Below, piece after piece: positions 1-10,400 of a DNA stretch of 64,000 nt. Position 1 is the first letter of the stretch. Every line of letters starts with the position of its first letter. This DNA is from Minisyncoccia bacterium (lineage in GTDB: Bacteria; Patescibacteriota; Minisyncoccia; Phycocordibacterales; UBA918): NCBI GenBank assembly GCA_041738755.1, contig JBGSPE010000005.1, positions 143,872-207,871 on the forward strand. Direction: 5' to 3'. The notes beneath the pieces were generated by a model that made no database searches, was not told where the DNA came from, and saw only the letters and a list, made by a program, of their open reading frames with translations. The position numbers were made by a program, and so were the translations under genes.

Positions 1-1
1 A

Positions 2-883
2 AGACAAAATAAGACAGTCGCCGCACTGTTAACTACGTTCGTGGTACTTATCGCTATTGTTATTCCGCTGGTTTTAATGTCATCCTTGGTAGTTCATGAA
101 TTGGTTGGGTTTTATCAAGAACTCAGTACTGATGATGTTTCAACACAAACTACCATTGACATGGTTGAGGCACGAATCCAAACCTATGTCCCATTTGAAA
201 TTAACCTCAAGGAGCAAATCGAAGCCAGCGCTGGATGGATAACGAGTAATCTCGGAGCAATCTTTGCCGGAACAGTCTCAACTATCTTTGTGTTTGTCAT
301 TGCCTTAGTTGGTTCATTCTACTTCTTCAGAGACGGTCGTGAATTTATGCAGCTCATTATTAAAGCTAGCCCATTACCAGATAGTGAAGATCAGGTGATT
401 TTTGATCGAATGGCACGGGCGGTACGCGCTGTCGCAACCGGTACAATACTCATCGCCTTAATTCAAGGTACGTTGGTAGCGGTCGGACTCACTGTAGCCG
501 GTGTCCCGCGGGGTGTGTTATGGGGTTCGATTAGTTCTGTTGGTGCACTGATGCCAGGAATTGGTACTAGTATTGTGACGGTGCCGGCCATCATTTATCT
601 TTTTAGTATTGGGAGTACGATGTCAGCCATTGGACTCACCGTGTGGGCGATTCTCATTGTTGGATTAGTTGACAATGTTGTTGGCCCATACCTTATCAGT
701 CGAAACAACAATATGCACCCATTCATTATCCTCATCTCAGTATTGGGAGGAATCGCACTGTTTGGTCCAATCGGGTTTATTGTTGGTCCCGTAGTCGTTA
801 CGTTATTTATTGTTCTTTTGGAAATATACCATCAGTATATTATTAAGGAGCAGAGTATTTTAGAGCTCCCTGATTCGGTATGA
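2..883 (+). CDS. AI-2E family transporter (PerM/YdiK-like), 5'-truncated by the window edge
   Basis: Multi-TM protein with the C-terminal 'VDNVVGPYLI...HPFIILISVLGGIALFGPIGFIVGP' signature; frame is open back to position 2. Confidence 0.85.
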   Translation, partial: RQNKTVAALLTTFVVLIAIVIPLVLMSSLVVHELVGFYQELSTDDVSTQTTIDMVEARIQTYVPFEINLKEQIEASAGWITSNLGAIFAGTVSTIFVFVIALVGSFYFFRDGREFMQLIIKASPLPDSEDQVIFDRMARAVRAVATGTILIALIQGTLVAVGLTVAGVPRGVLWGSISSVGALMPGIGTSIVTVPAIIYLFSIGSTMSAIGLTVWAILIVGLVDNVVGPYLISRNNNMHPFIILISVLGGIALFGPIGFIVGPVVVTLFIVLLEIYHQYIIKEQSILELPDSV

Positions 884-1302
884 TAGAAAAACATCACATT
901 GAGAATATTTTAAAAGTAAATGGACTTCCACCCACTGCTCCCGAAGAAGAAATTCGTTCGATTTTAATTAGCTCTCGTTATAATAACGATGAAATTGATA
1001 CGGCCATCATGGTCCTAAAAAAAAATACACAAACCAAAATGAGTCACGTCGATGGATTGCATAAAGTGTTTCGTACTGACATGGGACTAAAACCAGAAGA
1101 AATTTCAAAACTCCTTGGTATTGATGTAACTATCCGACCGGAATCTACAAAACAACGTGTTGATCCAACTACCTCCTTGGGATACCATCTGATAATCTGG
1201 ACCCTTTCACTCATTACTGCTATTATCGCTATCACTATCTATATGTATATTGCTGATATCGGACTATTCCATCATACCAGTGCATTTAAACTGCCACAGT
1301 AA
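880..1302 (+). CDS. Hypothetical protein with C-terminal TM helix
   Basis: 140-aa ORF overlapping both neighbours (ATGA and TAATG junctions). Confidence 0.7.
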   Translation: MIEKHHIENILKVNGLPPTAPEEEIRSILISSRYNNDEIDTAIMVLKKNTQTKMSHVDGLHKVFRTDMGLKPEEISKLLGIDVTIRPESTKQRVDPTTSLGYHLIIWTLSLITAIIAITIYMYIADIGLFHHTSAFKLPQ

Positions 1303-2432
1303 TGCCCGCCCACATATTTGCCTCTTTTTTAATCGGGATACTGATTTTTCAAATTTCCACACTTTCAGTGCGGCCAGCAATCCCGCAGGTAGCAATTGGT
1401 TCGATTACTACTGCTTCAACTTCACCTGTATCACTTGCTCCCACCTTGACGCGTACGTTGGCACAGCTTTCATCAGTTGAACGTAACCAATACGAGTCAA
1501 TTGTTTTTGTTGGCGATATCATGCTTGGTCGCTTTGTCGAACAGTTGATGAAACGTGAGGGTGACACCTATCCATTCCAGGGTTTGTCACTTGAGACGCT
1601 TGGCAATAAACCGGCAATCGTTGGTAATTTTGAGGCGAGTGTACCTCCGATTCATATCCCAACCCCAAACTACCAATTACAATTTTCAGTCCCCATTGCG
1701 TCTCTGTCTGCCTTTAAAGGAGTTGGCTTCACACATCTTTCATTAGCAAATAATCACAGCTTCGATCACGGGCGAGCTGGGTATGAACACAGCCTTGCTG
1801 CTTTAGGAGAAGAATTTGTTGTATTTGGGAGCGAAAAAGATATTTCTGAACAGTCACGTACGTACCTAGAAACAACTGCTGGTAGAGTAGCGCTCATTGG
1901 TATCAATAATAGCGATATCGGTGTTGATACCAGCGTTATTACCAAGGTACTCCAAGACGCAGCCGAGGATTCAATTCTTCAAATCGTATACATTCATTGG
2001 GGGCTTGAGTATGAAGAACGACACTCCCGTTCGCAAAAGCGTCTTGCCACCACGCTGGTAGAAGCAGGAGCTGATTTGATTGTCGGGCATCATCCGCATG
2101 TTGTACAGGATATTGATAGCATTAACGGCGTCCCCGTATTTTACTCGCTTGGAAATTATATTTTTGATCAATACTTTTCTCGCTCCGTCCAAGAAGGTCT
2201 TGTACTCTCAGTTGCTATTTTTGATAATGAGCTTTCTATCTACCTGCACCCGGTCAGTAGTGTTGGTACACTATCGCAGCCACACCTACAATCTGTTGTA
2301 AACCAAAGCCAATTTCTCAATACGGTAGCTGCTCGTAGTCACCCCGCGCTCGCCGAAGAGATAGCTCGTGGTAAAATTACACTTCCGCTTGAATTTGCAA
2401 CTTCCTCAAAAATGGCTATGATTGACGAATAA
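1302..2432 (+). CDS. CapA/PGA_cap family metallophosphoesterase
   Basis: Motifs VGDIML, GNFE, LANNHSFD, IHWG, GHHPHV, YSLGNYIFDQ. Confidence 0.9.
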   Translation: MPAHIFASFLIGILIFQISTLSVRPAIPQVAIGSITTASTSPVSLAPTLTRTLAQLSSVERNQYESIVFVGDIMLGRFVEQLMKREGDTYPFQGLSLETLGNKPAIVGNFEASVPPIHIPTPNYQLQFSVPIASLSAFKGVGFTHLSLANNHSFDHGRAGYEHSLAALGEEFVVFGSEKDISEQSRTYLETTAGRVALIGINNSDIGVDTSVITKVLQDAAEDSILQIVYIHWGLEYEERHSRSQKRLATTLVEAGADLIVGHHPHVVQDIDSINGVPVFYSLGNYIFDQYFSRSVQEGLVLSVAIFDNELSIYLHPVSSVGTLSQPHLQSVVNQSQFLNTVAARSHPALAEEIARGKITLPLEFATSSKMAMIDE

Positions 2433-2442
2433 TTAATACGGT

Positions 2443-2985
2443 ATGTTCAATAAATACGAAATCATTGGTGGAGCAATCAGCGTCGTTTGTATGGTAGCGG
2501 CACTCTATTTAATCCAAACAAGAGCAGATCTCGCCTTACTTGGTGACAGCACACAGGTTGCAGCAGTAAACGAGAGTGGGGTAGTGATTGTCGGGAGTGG
2601 GGAAGATGTAACCAAAGAACGAACTGATGCTCTTTTACAAGCAGTAGATGGAAATGGTAATTTAAGTCGTATGGTAGTTGATGATATAAAAGAAGGTGAA
2701 GGGAAAGAAGTGGCGGTCGGTGATACGGTTACTGTGCACTACGTCGGCACACTTCCAGATGGTACAGAATTTGATAACTCACGAAAGCGTGGACAAAACT
2801 TCCGTTTTACCGTAGGAGCAGGACAAGTAATTACTGGCTGGGAAGAAGGGTTGGTTGGTATGAAAGCAGGTGGACAACGAATCTTGGTTGTACCGCCTGA
2901 AAAGGCCTACGGACCTGATGGTTATGGACCAATCCCTCCCGGCGCTACACTCGTATTCGCAATTGATTTGATTACAATTGAATAA
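2443..2985 (+). CDS. Membrane-anchored FKBP-type peptidyl-prolyl isomerase
   Basis: VHYVGTL, FDNS, VITGWEEG, YG..GYGPIPPGATLVF; N-terminal TM helix. Confidence 0.93.
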   Translation: MFNKYEIIGGAISVVCMVAALYLIQTRADLALLGDSTQVAAVNESGVVIVGSGEDVTKERTDALLQAVDGNGNLSRMVVDDIKEGEGKEVAVGDTVTVHYVGTLPDGTEFDNSRKRGQNFRFTVGAGQVITGWEEGLVGMKAGGQRILVVPPEKAYGPDGYGPIPPGATLVFAIDLITIE

Positions 2986-4184
2986 TGAGCGGACCGATTT
3001 CATTTGAAATTTTAAAACGGCAAGCTAACAGCCTCGGCCGAGCTGGTGTTATTCATACTCCACATGGAGTAATTGAGACACCAGCTTTTGTTGTTGTCGG
3101 TACCAAAGGCACGGTCAAAAGCCTAAAGCCTGAGGACATGCGTGACTACGTCGGTAATCAAGTAGCACTTGCCAATACCTACCACTTATTCCTCCAACCG
3201 GGTGATCAAGTGATTAAAGAAGCGGGCGGACTCCACAAATTTGCCAATTGGCATATGCCAACGATAACTGATAGTGGAGGGTTTCAAGTGTTTTCACTTG
3301 GTGCAGCCTTTGGAAAAGGAGTAACCAAATTCGCCCAAGGTGATATCGCCCCCAGTGAAGAAAAAACCGCTCTCAATGTCTATTCTAAAAAGGTCGCGGA
3401 AGAACACGGTAAACTCTGCGTCATTGATGAAGAAGGGGTAACATTTACCTCGCACCATGATGGGTCTCTGCACCGTTTTACAGCTGAACGTTCAATTGAT
3501 ATTCAACACAATATTGGAGCAGACATCATTATTGCCTTTGATGAGTGCACTAGTCCGTCAGCTGATAAGGAGTATCAGATTGAGGCAATGGAACGAACGC
3601 ATCGCTGGGCAAAACGGAGTATTATGGCGCATAAGCAAAACTACGAAGCGCTCAAGAAGCAAGGTCTCTATGGTGTAGTACAAGGCGGTCGACACTTAGA
3701 CTTGCGAGCCGAAAGCGCCACAGTCTTAGCTGCCATGGATTTTGACGGTTTTGGAATTGGCGGTAGTTTTACGAAAGCAGACTTAGGTGAAGCCGTGCGA
3801 GTGGTTAATCAAATCCTGCCAGAAGATAAACCAAGACACTTGCTTGGCATTGGCGAACCTGAAGATATTTTAGAGGGAGTTAGTCTGGGTTGTGATACGT
3901 TTGATTGTGTGGCGCCAACCAGGATTGCTCGCACCGGTACCATTTATGAACGTACGAACGAAGGTCATCGCCGGACCAATCTTTTAAATACCAAATACCA
4001 AAGAGACTTTAGTAAGCCGGACGAGAGTTGCGATTGTTATGTCTGTACCAACTATACGAAGGCATACTTGGCACACTTATTCCGTGCCGGTGAGATGTTA
4101 GGTCCTCATTTAGCTTCACTACACAACCTGTATTACATTGTTCAATTTACCAAACGCCTCCGAGAACAAATTTTGACAAGCTAG
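2985..4184 (+). CDS. tgt: tRNA-guanine(34) transglycosylase
   Basis: LANTYHL, TDSGGFQVFSL, QGG, DTFDCV.PTR and the C-x-C-x2-C...H zinc site. Confidence 0.95.
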   Translation: MSGPISFEILKRQANSLGRAGVIHTPHGVIETPAFVVVGTKGTVKSLKPEDMRDYVGNQVALANTYHLFLQPGDQVIKEAGGLHKFANWHMPTITDSGGFQVFSLGAAFGKGVTKFAQGDIAPSEEKTALNVYSKKVAEEHGKLCVIDEEGVTFTSHHDGSLHRFTAERSIDIQHNIGADIIIAFDECTSPSADKEYQIEAMERTHRWAKRSIMAHKQNYEALKKQGLYGVVQGGRHLDLRAESATVLAAMDFDGFGIGGSFTKADLGEAVRVVNQILPEDKPRHLLGIGEPEDILEGVSLGCDTFDCVAPTRIARTGTIYERTNEGHRRTNLLNTKYQRDFSKPDESCDCYVCTNYTKAYLAHLFRAGEMLGPHLASLHNLYYIVQFTKRLREQILTS

Positions 4185-4200
4185 ACATTCGTGATATAAA
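4173..4200 (+). promoter_or_regulatory. Sigma70-like promoter TTGACA-16bp-TATAAA for the HD hydrolase gene
   Basis: Near-consensus hexamers, followed by SD GAAAGGAG before ATG 4235. Confidence 0.55.
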
Positions 4201-4234
4201 AAGTGTATCACTGACCAGCGAAAGGAGATAGAAA

Positions 4235-4873
4235 ATGCTGGAAAGAATCAGGAAGCTCTATGCGGGACGGGAAAACCGTCAGTCGTTCTTCACAACAGTT
4301 GGCTGGTATTTCCCCAAAGGGAGTGCCGAATATATTCTCATAGAACGTGCATACAGTACGGCAAAAGACGCACATCGTAAGAAAAAACGTGAAGATGGTG
4401 CACGGTACTTCGAACACCTTCGTGCTGTTGCCCTCATTATGATGCGTTATATGCGTATCCGTGATGCGAACATAATTGCGGCCGCCTTGCTTCATGATAT
4501 CGTCGAAGACATTGAAAATTGGAATCAAGAGCGATTAGCAGTTGAGTTTAACCAAACAATTGGTGAACTCGTATGGTGGGTCTCAAAGCCATCCGTTACG
4601 CTCTTTGACGGTAACAAAGAAGCTCGTAATCGCCAGTATCACAACAATCTAGGTCGTGCCCCAAGGGAAGCACTTCTCATCAAGCTTGCTGACAGGCTGC
4701 ATAACCTGTTGACGTTGTGGGGTTGTGACGAAGAAAAGCAACGACGCAAGGTTGTTGAAACGCAAGATTTCTACCTTGCTCTGGCAGAAAAAGAGTTTGT
4801 ACTTGTACATGAACTTGAAGCTGCTATCAATGAAATTGCTGCTACCTGGGAAACTGGGTCGGTAGATTCATAA
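4235..4873 (+). CDS. RelA/SpoT-type HD-domain hydrolase (small alarmone hydrolase/Mesh1-like)
   Basis: AH...R..G..Y..H, AALLHDIVED, LIKLADRLHN; no synthetase domain. Confidence 0.85.
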   Translation: MLERIRKLYAGRENRQSFFTTVGWYFPKGSAEYILIERAYSTAKDAHRKKKREDGARYFEHLRAVALIMMRYMRIRDANIIAAALLHDIVEDIENWNQERLAVEFNQTIGELVWWVSKPSVTLFDGNKEARNRQYHNNLGRAPREALLIKLADRLHNLLTLWGCDEEKQRRKVVETQDFYLALAEKEFVLVHELEAAINEIAATWETGSVDS

Positions 4874-4889
4874 ATTGAATAAGATTCCT

Positions 4890-4915
4890 CGGGGCTACAT
4901 AGCCCCGTTTTTTTT
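4890..4915 (+). terminator. Intrinsic terminator
   Basis: CGGGGCTA-ca-TAGCCCCG followed by a T8 run. Confidence 0.8.
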
Positions 4916-4942
4916 ATACCCAAAATAACGTATACTGCGATT

Positions 4943-6964
4943 GTGAATTTTCAAATAAGTACAGAAAAGACTCCGGCTGGTGACCAACCACAAGCAATTG
5001 CAGGATTAATAAAAGGCATTGAGGCTGGTCAAACACATCAGACGCTCTTAGGTGTGACTGGTTCTGGGAAGACGTTTACCGCTGCAAATATTATCCAACA
5101 CGTCCAAAAGCCGACGCTTGTGATTGCGCATAACAAGACATTGGCAGCTCAGCTTGCTCAAGAATACCGGGATTTTTTCCCTGAAAACGCAGTGCATTAT
5201 TTTGTGTCTTATTACGATTACTACCAACCTGAGGCGTACATGCCAACGTCTGACACCTATATCGAAAAAGAAGCTCAAATTAATGAGGAGATTGACCGAC
5301 TACGCCACGCGTCGACCCAAGCACTACTAACCCGGCAAGATGTGATTATTGTTGCATCGGTTTCTTGTATTTATGGTCTTGGCGCCCCGGAACAGTATCT
5401 AAAGAAGCACATGAAGATTGAGCGAGGGTATGAGACGACGCGCACTGACATGCTTCGCACCTTAGTCGATATGTACTTTACCCGTACCAACGCTGATCTC
5501 ACTCCGGCTCAGTTTCGTGCAGTAGGGAACACAGTTGAGGTAATGCCAACTAACGAGCGAGTAATTTATCGCCTTGGGTTTACCGGTAATTCGGTTAGTT
5601 CAATCACCAAGATTGATGCAGTTACGAGAGAAATAATTTCCGAACCAGAGGTATTTTTCCTCTTTCCAGCCAAGCACTTTGTGACCCCTGAAGATCAGCG
5701 GCAAGTAGCCTATGAAGATATAAAACTTGAGTTAGCAGAGCAGTTGGCAAAGTTCAAAAAAGAAGGGAAGTTACTTGAGGCAGAACGCCTCAAGCGTCGT
5801 ACTGAACATGACCTCGCCATGATTCGTGAGATTGGCTACTGTAATGGAATTGAAAACTACTCACGACATTTTGACCGTCGCAAGCCCGGTGAGGCTCCAT
5901 ATACACTCTTGTCGTATTTTCCGCACACAAAAGATGGTAAGCCAGATTACCTTACAATTATCGACGAGTCTCATGTAACCATTCCACAACTCAACGGTAT
6001 GTACGCCGGTGACCGCTCAAGAAAAGATACGCTGGTAGAGCACGGGTTCCGTTTACCAAGCGCGGTTGATAACCGTCCACTCAAGTACGACGAAATCGAT
6101 AAACGGCTAGGGCAGCGTATCTACACGACCGCCACTCCAGGAAAGTTTGAGATTGCGAAAGCCAAGGAGATGGGTATCACTATGATTGAGCAGATTATTC
6201 GACCAACTGGTCTGGTTGACCCAATCATTGATGTGAGACCAATTAATGAAACTCCCGACTATCCTGGGCAAATCAAAGACTTTATCACTGAAGCTGAAAA
6301 GGTTATCAAAGGCGGTACGAGAGTATTGGTAACAACACTCACCAAGCGTATGGCAGAAGACCTGACTGACTTCTTAAGCGAGAAAAAAATTAATACCAAG
6401 TACATTCACAGTGACGTTGATACGATTGAACGAATAGAAATTTTGACTGATTTCCGGAGAGGAAAGTTCGATTGTCTCGTTGGAGTGAACTTACTTCGTG
6501 AAGGACTCGATTTACCTGAGGTTGAACTTGTGGCTATTCTCGACGCAGACAAGGCAGGCTTCCTTCGTAGTGAAACCGCCCTTATTCAAACTATTGGTCG
6601 CGCCGCACGAAATGTTAATGGTCGGGTGGTGCTGTACGCTGATGAAATGACGGACGCACTTGAGTATGCAATTGGTGAGACCAACCGTCGTCGCGATAAG
6701 CAGCTTGCCTATAATGCTGAACATGGTATTACTCCAAAAACTATAGCCAAAGAAATCAAGTCGATTACTGATCAAATGCGGACTGAACACGATGAAACAG
6801 TTGACACCTTACTTAAAGTCGATATGGAGCTATATAAGAAAAACCCTCAGAAAGTCCTTAAGGAAAAAAGACGACAGATGGAGGAAGCTGTAGCCTTACT
6901 CGATTTTGAAACTGCCGCAATCTTACGAGACGAGATTCGCTACTTTGAAGAACATAGAACATAG
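4943..6964 (+). CDS. uvrB: Excinuclease ABC subunit B
   Basis: GVTGSGKT, YYDYYQPEAY beta-hairpin, DESH, GRAARN, C-terminal UVR domain. Confidence 0.98.
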   Translation: MNFQISTEKTPAGDQPQAIAGLIKGIEAGQTHQTLLGVTGSGKTFTAANIIQHVQKPTLVIAHNKTLAAQLAQEYRDFFPENAVHYFVSYYDYYQPEAYMPTSDTYIEKEAQINEEIDRLRHASTQALLTRQDVIIVASVSCIYGLGAPEQYLKKHMKIERGYETTRTDMLRTLVDMYFTRTNADLTPAQFRAVGNTVEVMPTNERVIYRLGFTGNSVSSITKIDAVTREIISEPEVFFLFPAKHFVTPEDQRQVAYEDIKLELAEQLAKFKKEGKLLEAERLKRRTEHDLAMIREIGYCNGIENYSRHFDRRKPGEAPYTLLSYFPHTKDGKPDYLTIIDESHVTIPQLNGMYAGDRSRKDTLVEHGFRLPSAVDNRPLKYDEIDKRLGQRIYTTATPGKFEIAKAKEMGITMIEQIIRPTGLVDPIIDVRPINETPDYPGQIKDFITEAEKVIKGGTRVLVTTLTKRMAEDLTDFLSEKKINTKYIHSDVDTIERIEILTDFRRGKFDCLVGVNLLREGLDLPEVELVAILDADKAGFLRSETALIQTIGRAARNVNGRVVLYADEMTDALEYAIGETNRRRDKQLAYNAEHGITPKTIAKEIKSITDQMRTEHDETVDTLLKVDMELYKKNPQKVLKEKRRQMEEAVALLDFETAAILRDEIRYFEEHRT

Positions 6965-6991
6965 CCAAATCTTGTATGGTATAGTTCAAAT

Positions 6992-7798
6992 ATGTCAGTG
7001 TTACAAGGCAAGCACATTCTCGTTCTGGGTGAAGAGAATCAGCATATCAAGGAGCTCGAAGCAGTCTTTCAGGCTGAAGGAATGCTTTTGTCAGTGGCTA
7101 CCTGCGGGACAGTGGATATCGCTTCAATCGAAGCAAAGCATATCGATTTAGTGTTATTAAATCATCTGCACGAAGGCGAGCCCTGCGTTGATTTGCTAAA
7201 ACAACTAAGAGGTAGTCGGAGCCTCAGTGTGCTACCAATTTTTGCTCTGGTTGAAAACACTGAGGAAAAGATTCAAAAAGCACTCATGCTTGGAGCAGCG
7301 GACTATATTACAAATGATGAGCCCCTCGTATCTGTAATCAATAAGATGAAAATTATTTTTGGTGAGCCAGATAATTTTTCTGAAAGTATACGCATTGATA
7401 TTACGCCACAAAAGATGTCCGTTTCTAATTGTGGCGCGAGGGTTTATTTTATTGAAGATGATGCCTTACTTCGAAACTTGCTAATCCTTCGGCTCGAAAA
7501 ATCAAATTTTGTGTATGAGTACAGCAAGGATGGTATCGGAGCGATAGATGCGATGATAGCGTTTAAACCACAGGTTGTTATCCTTGATATCATGTTGCCC
7601 GACAAGAGTGGGTTTGAGATTTTAACTGAAATGAGGGCTACGAAAGAGCTAAAGGACACACCCGTAATCATTTTTTCTAATCGAGATGAACAGTCTGACC
7701 TTGAAAAAGCCCGTGAACTCGGAGTCAGTAAATATTATGTAAAGGCAATGACAGATCTATCTTTACTCGTCAAGACAATTGAAGAACTAGCTACCTAG
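6992..7798 (+). CDS. Response regulator with two receiver domains and no output domain
   Basis: REC1 degenerate (LVLLNH in place of the acceptor Asp); REC2 intact (IEDD, VILDIMLP, K in YVKA). Confidence 0.85.
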   Translation: MSVLQGKHILVLGEENQHIKELEAVFQAEGMLLSVATCGTVDIASIEAKHIDLVLLNHLHEGEPCVDLLKQLRGSRSLSVLPIFALVENTEEKIQKALMLGAADYITNDEPLVSVINKMKIIFGEPDNFSESIRIDITPQKMSVSNCGARVYFIEDDALLRNLLILRLEKSNFVYEYSKDGIGAIDAMIAFKPQVVILDIMLPDKSGFEILTEMRATKELKDTPVIIFSNRDEQSDLEKARELGVSKYYVKAMTDLSLLVKTIEELAT

Positions 7799-7853
7799 AA
7801 CTATCTACAAGCAAACTCCCGAATTTATCGTAATCTGGGATATAATACTCAAC

Positions 7854-10400
7854 ATGCCGGTCAAAAAAACTGACAAGAAAACTACTCCTGCAGCCAAAAA
7901 AAATACCCCAGAAAAATCAGGGTTACTTAAGAAAACTCCGGTTAAAAAAGCACCAAAAAAGACACTCGCAAAGAACTCGGGTCCGCGAAAAATCATTATC
8001 AAACGGGTAGCCGAAAGAACTGTCACAAAAAAGATTACCAACGCTACAAAAAACAAAAAAGTTGTAATCACTAAGTCAACAAAACGACGACAAACTCCTG
8101 AAGAAATGGAGTACAAACTATCAATGCTTCGCCCAGCAAAAGATAGGCCGAGCCTCATTGATGAAGTCGAGCTTTCCTTGAATCCACATACCGGCAAGAA
8201 GTTCTCGTTACCTAAAAGAGAGGACTTGAAGCTACCGAGCAATATGAGCTTACGTAGTATTAAAAAGGCGGAAGTCATCCGTTCACTCTTCTCAGACGAT
8301 ACCGTCAAGGCTGCTCAAAAAGTTGCCTACGTATCAAGTGCTACCCTGATTGCATTTGGGATATTTTTTTCCTTTACATCCAGCGACTTGTTGACTCAGT
8401 CACAATCTATTCAAGCTCAGACAGCACTTGTGGGTGCTGGTACAATTAACGGAACCGCAGCGGGCGCAACCAAGTCACCATTACAGCCGACGTTCGAACT
8501 GGCCACAACAATTCCAGCCGAAATTGTTGACGACGTACAAATCAATTTTGCTTCACTCAATGTTTCTTCGGTGAACATTAGAATTGAATCATACGGCGAT
8601 GGAACAATCACCGATATCTCAGCAAACGCAGTTAATGATACGTTGTATAAGTTTGTAATTCCTGGGAAGACACTAGCACCAGGCGAACATCGTTTGATTA
8701 TTCGACTTCGTTCAGCCCAAAATACCGCTGTCCTGGAGAAGAATTTTACGTTTGTTAAACCAAAACCATTTACCCCAGAGTCAGAATCACTTCCTGAAGA
8801 AGCGAATAGTGATGTCCCTGAAAATAATGACGAAGAAGCTGATAGTTCAGCTAGCGAAACTTCTTCTGATAAGCCAGTAGAAACACTGTCTCAAGCTGAT
8901 AACATAATTAAAAATGCAGTGTATAGCGAAACGCTCGATATTCTATTGCCGCAGACCAACCTCAGAGGCATTTCTATTATCGGGTTTAATGCACCTGAAG
9001 ATACCACTAGTGTTATCGTATCTATCCGTAACAAGTCATCACTAACCACCAGCCGACTAGGGAGCGCCAACCGTTCTAAGCTAGCGACTAACTGGCAGTA
9101 TCTCTATGACACGAGATTACGACCAGATGGTGAGTATGAATTGTTTGCAGAAGCCAAGCTAGACTCTGGAAAAATACTTAAAGATTCGGTAAATATTACC
9201 GTATCAAATGCTATTAATACCAACCAATTTAATATCAACCCTATTAGTACCCTGGAGGATATTTCTGAAGATAGCGAAACCGATGTAGATGATTCAGAAC
9301 CTGAGGACATTACACTCCCGGTACCGAGGCTGCCACGAGAATTTGTTCCAGTCACGAGTGAAATTAATAATCCAGATGCTGAATCGACATTAGAACAGTT
9401 GGGAGAAACGACTGATAACCGAGCTGAAGCGGTAGGTGGTCTGACACGAGAAATTTTAACGACCAACCGTGACCTCGTGGAAGATCTCTACCAGCGCTAT
9501 TCAGTAGCCTTACAGTCAGGAGATGAAATGCTCATTAAGGCAATTGAGTCTGATATCAATGATGCCAACGCACGCTTTACTACCGAGCTCTTAAAAGATC
9601 CAAATAGTAACTACTATGCAAGTGATGTTGATACAGCGCTTAAGGAACGGTTTGAAACTATGAAGAAGCGAATCATCGCCTTTGAAGAAATACGTAAAAC
9701 CTCAAGTAACCAAAAATCTTCTACCGACACCGATAGCGATGGAGTTTCTGATTTTGACGAAGAAAATCTCTACTTCACCGACCCAAATAGTCCAGATACC
9801 GATAATGACGGTATTTTAGACGGTATTGAAATTATCCGTGGCTTCAATCCGTTAAATCCTTCAGCTGAGGCAATTATCGCCTATGAATCTCCGAAAGAAT
9901 CTTTTGGACTTGTTCGCGAGGATGTTCTCAAAGTGAGTGCCGTTGTCCCAGTCTTAGCAACTGATGACGCTGGAGAACGTTTGCCTGTACAAGCAGAAAT
10001 TAAAGGGGTTAGTTTACCAAATAGCTTCGTTACGTTGTTTATTTTTAGCACTCCTGTGATAGTGACAGTGAAGACTGATGATACCGGAGCCTTTGCCTAC
10101 ACCTTTGACCGAGAACTTGAAGATGGTGAACATGAAGTGTACGTTGCGGTTACTGATAATGCGGGAGCAATCATTGCGCAAAGTAATTCATTCAGATTTA
10201 TCAAGGAAGCAGAGGCGTTTACGCCACAGAATAATGATGACCCACTCTTGGCTCAAACGGTCTCAATCGAACCAGTCTCTAGTAACCCGTACAACATCAC
10301 TATTGGATTTGGAATTCTTGCCCTCGGTTTGATTCTCTTGATGCTCGGAGTTGGGCTCCGTTCCAAAGAAGAACCAATACTAGATAACGCTCCAGCGTAA
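7854..10400 (+). CDS. Large membrane-anchored surface protein (Lys-rich N-terminal tail, TM, Ig-like regions, DxDxDG Ca-binding repeats, C-terminal TM)
   Basis: K/A/P-rich N-terminus, hydrophobic helix near aa 160-175, DTDSDGVSD/DTDNDGILDG, LEDGEHEVYV Ig-like motif, terminal TM. Confidence 0.7.
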   Translation: MPVKKTDKKTTPAAKKNTPEKSGLLKKTPVKKAPKKTLAKNSGPRKIIIKRVAERTVTKKITNATKNKKVVITKSTKRRQTPEEMEYKLSMLRPAKDRPSLIDEVELSLNPHTGKKFSLPKREDLKLPSNMSLRSIKKAEVIRSLFSDDTVKAAQKVAYVSSATLIAFGIFFSFTSSDLLTQSQSIQAQTALVGAGTINGTAAGATKSPLQPTFELATTIPAEIVDDVQINFASLNVSSVNIRIESYGDGTITDISANAVNDTLYKFVIPGKTLAPGEHRLIIRLRSAQNTAVLEKNFTFVKPKPFTPESESLPEEANSDVPENNDEEADSSASETSSDKPVETLSQADNIIKNAVYSETLDILLPQTNLRGISIIGFNAPEDTTSVIVSIRNKSSLTTSRLGSANRSKLATNWQYLYDTRLRPDGEYELFAEAKLDSGKILKDSVNITVSNAINTNQFNINPISTLEDISEDSETDVDDSEPEDITLPVPRLPREFVPVTSEINNPDAESTLEQLGETTDNRAEAVGGLTREILTTNRDLVEDLYQRYSVALQSGDEMLIKAIESDINDANARFTTELLKDPNSNYYASDVDTALKERFETMKKRIIAFEEIRKTSSNQKSSTDTDSDGVSDFDEENLYFTDPNSPDTDNDGILDGIEIIRGFNPLNPSAEAIIAYESPKESFGLVREDVLKVSAVVPVLATDDAGERLPVQAEIKGVSLPNSFVTLFIFSTPVIVTVKTDDTGAFAYTFDRELEDGEHEVYVAVTDNAGAIIAQSNSFRFIKEAEAFTPQNNDDPLLAQTVSIEPVSSNPYNITIGFGILALGLILLMLGVGLRSKEEPILDNAPA

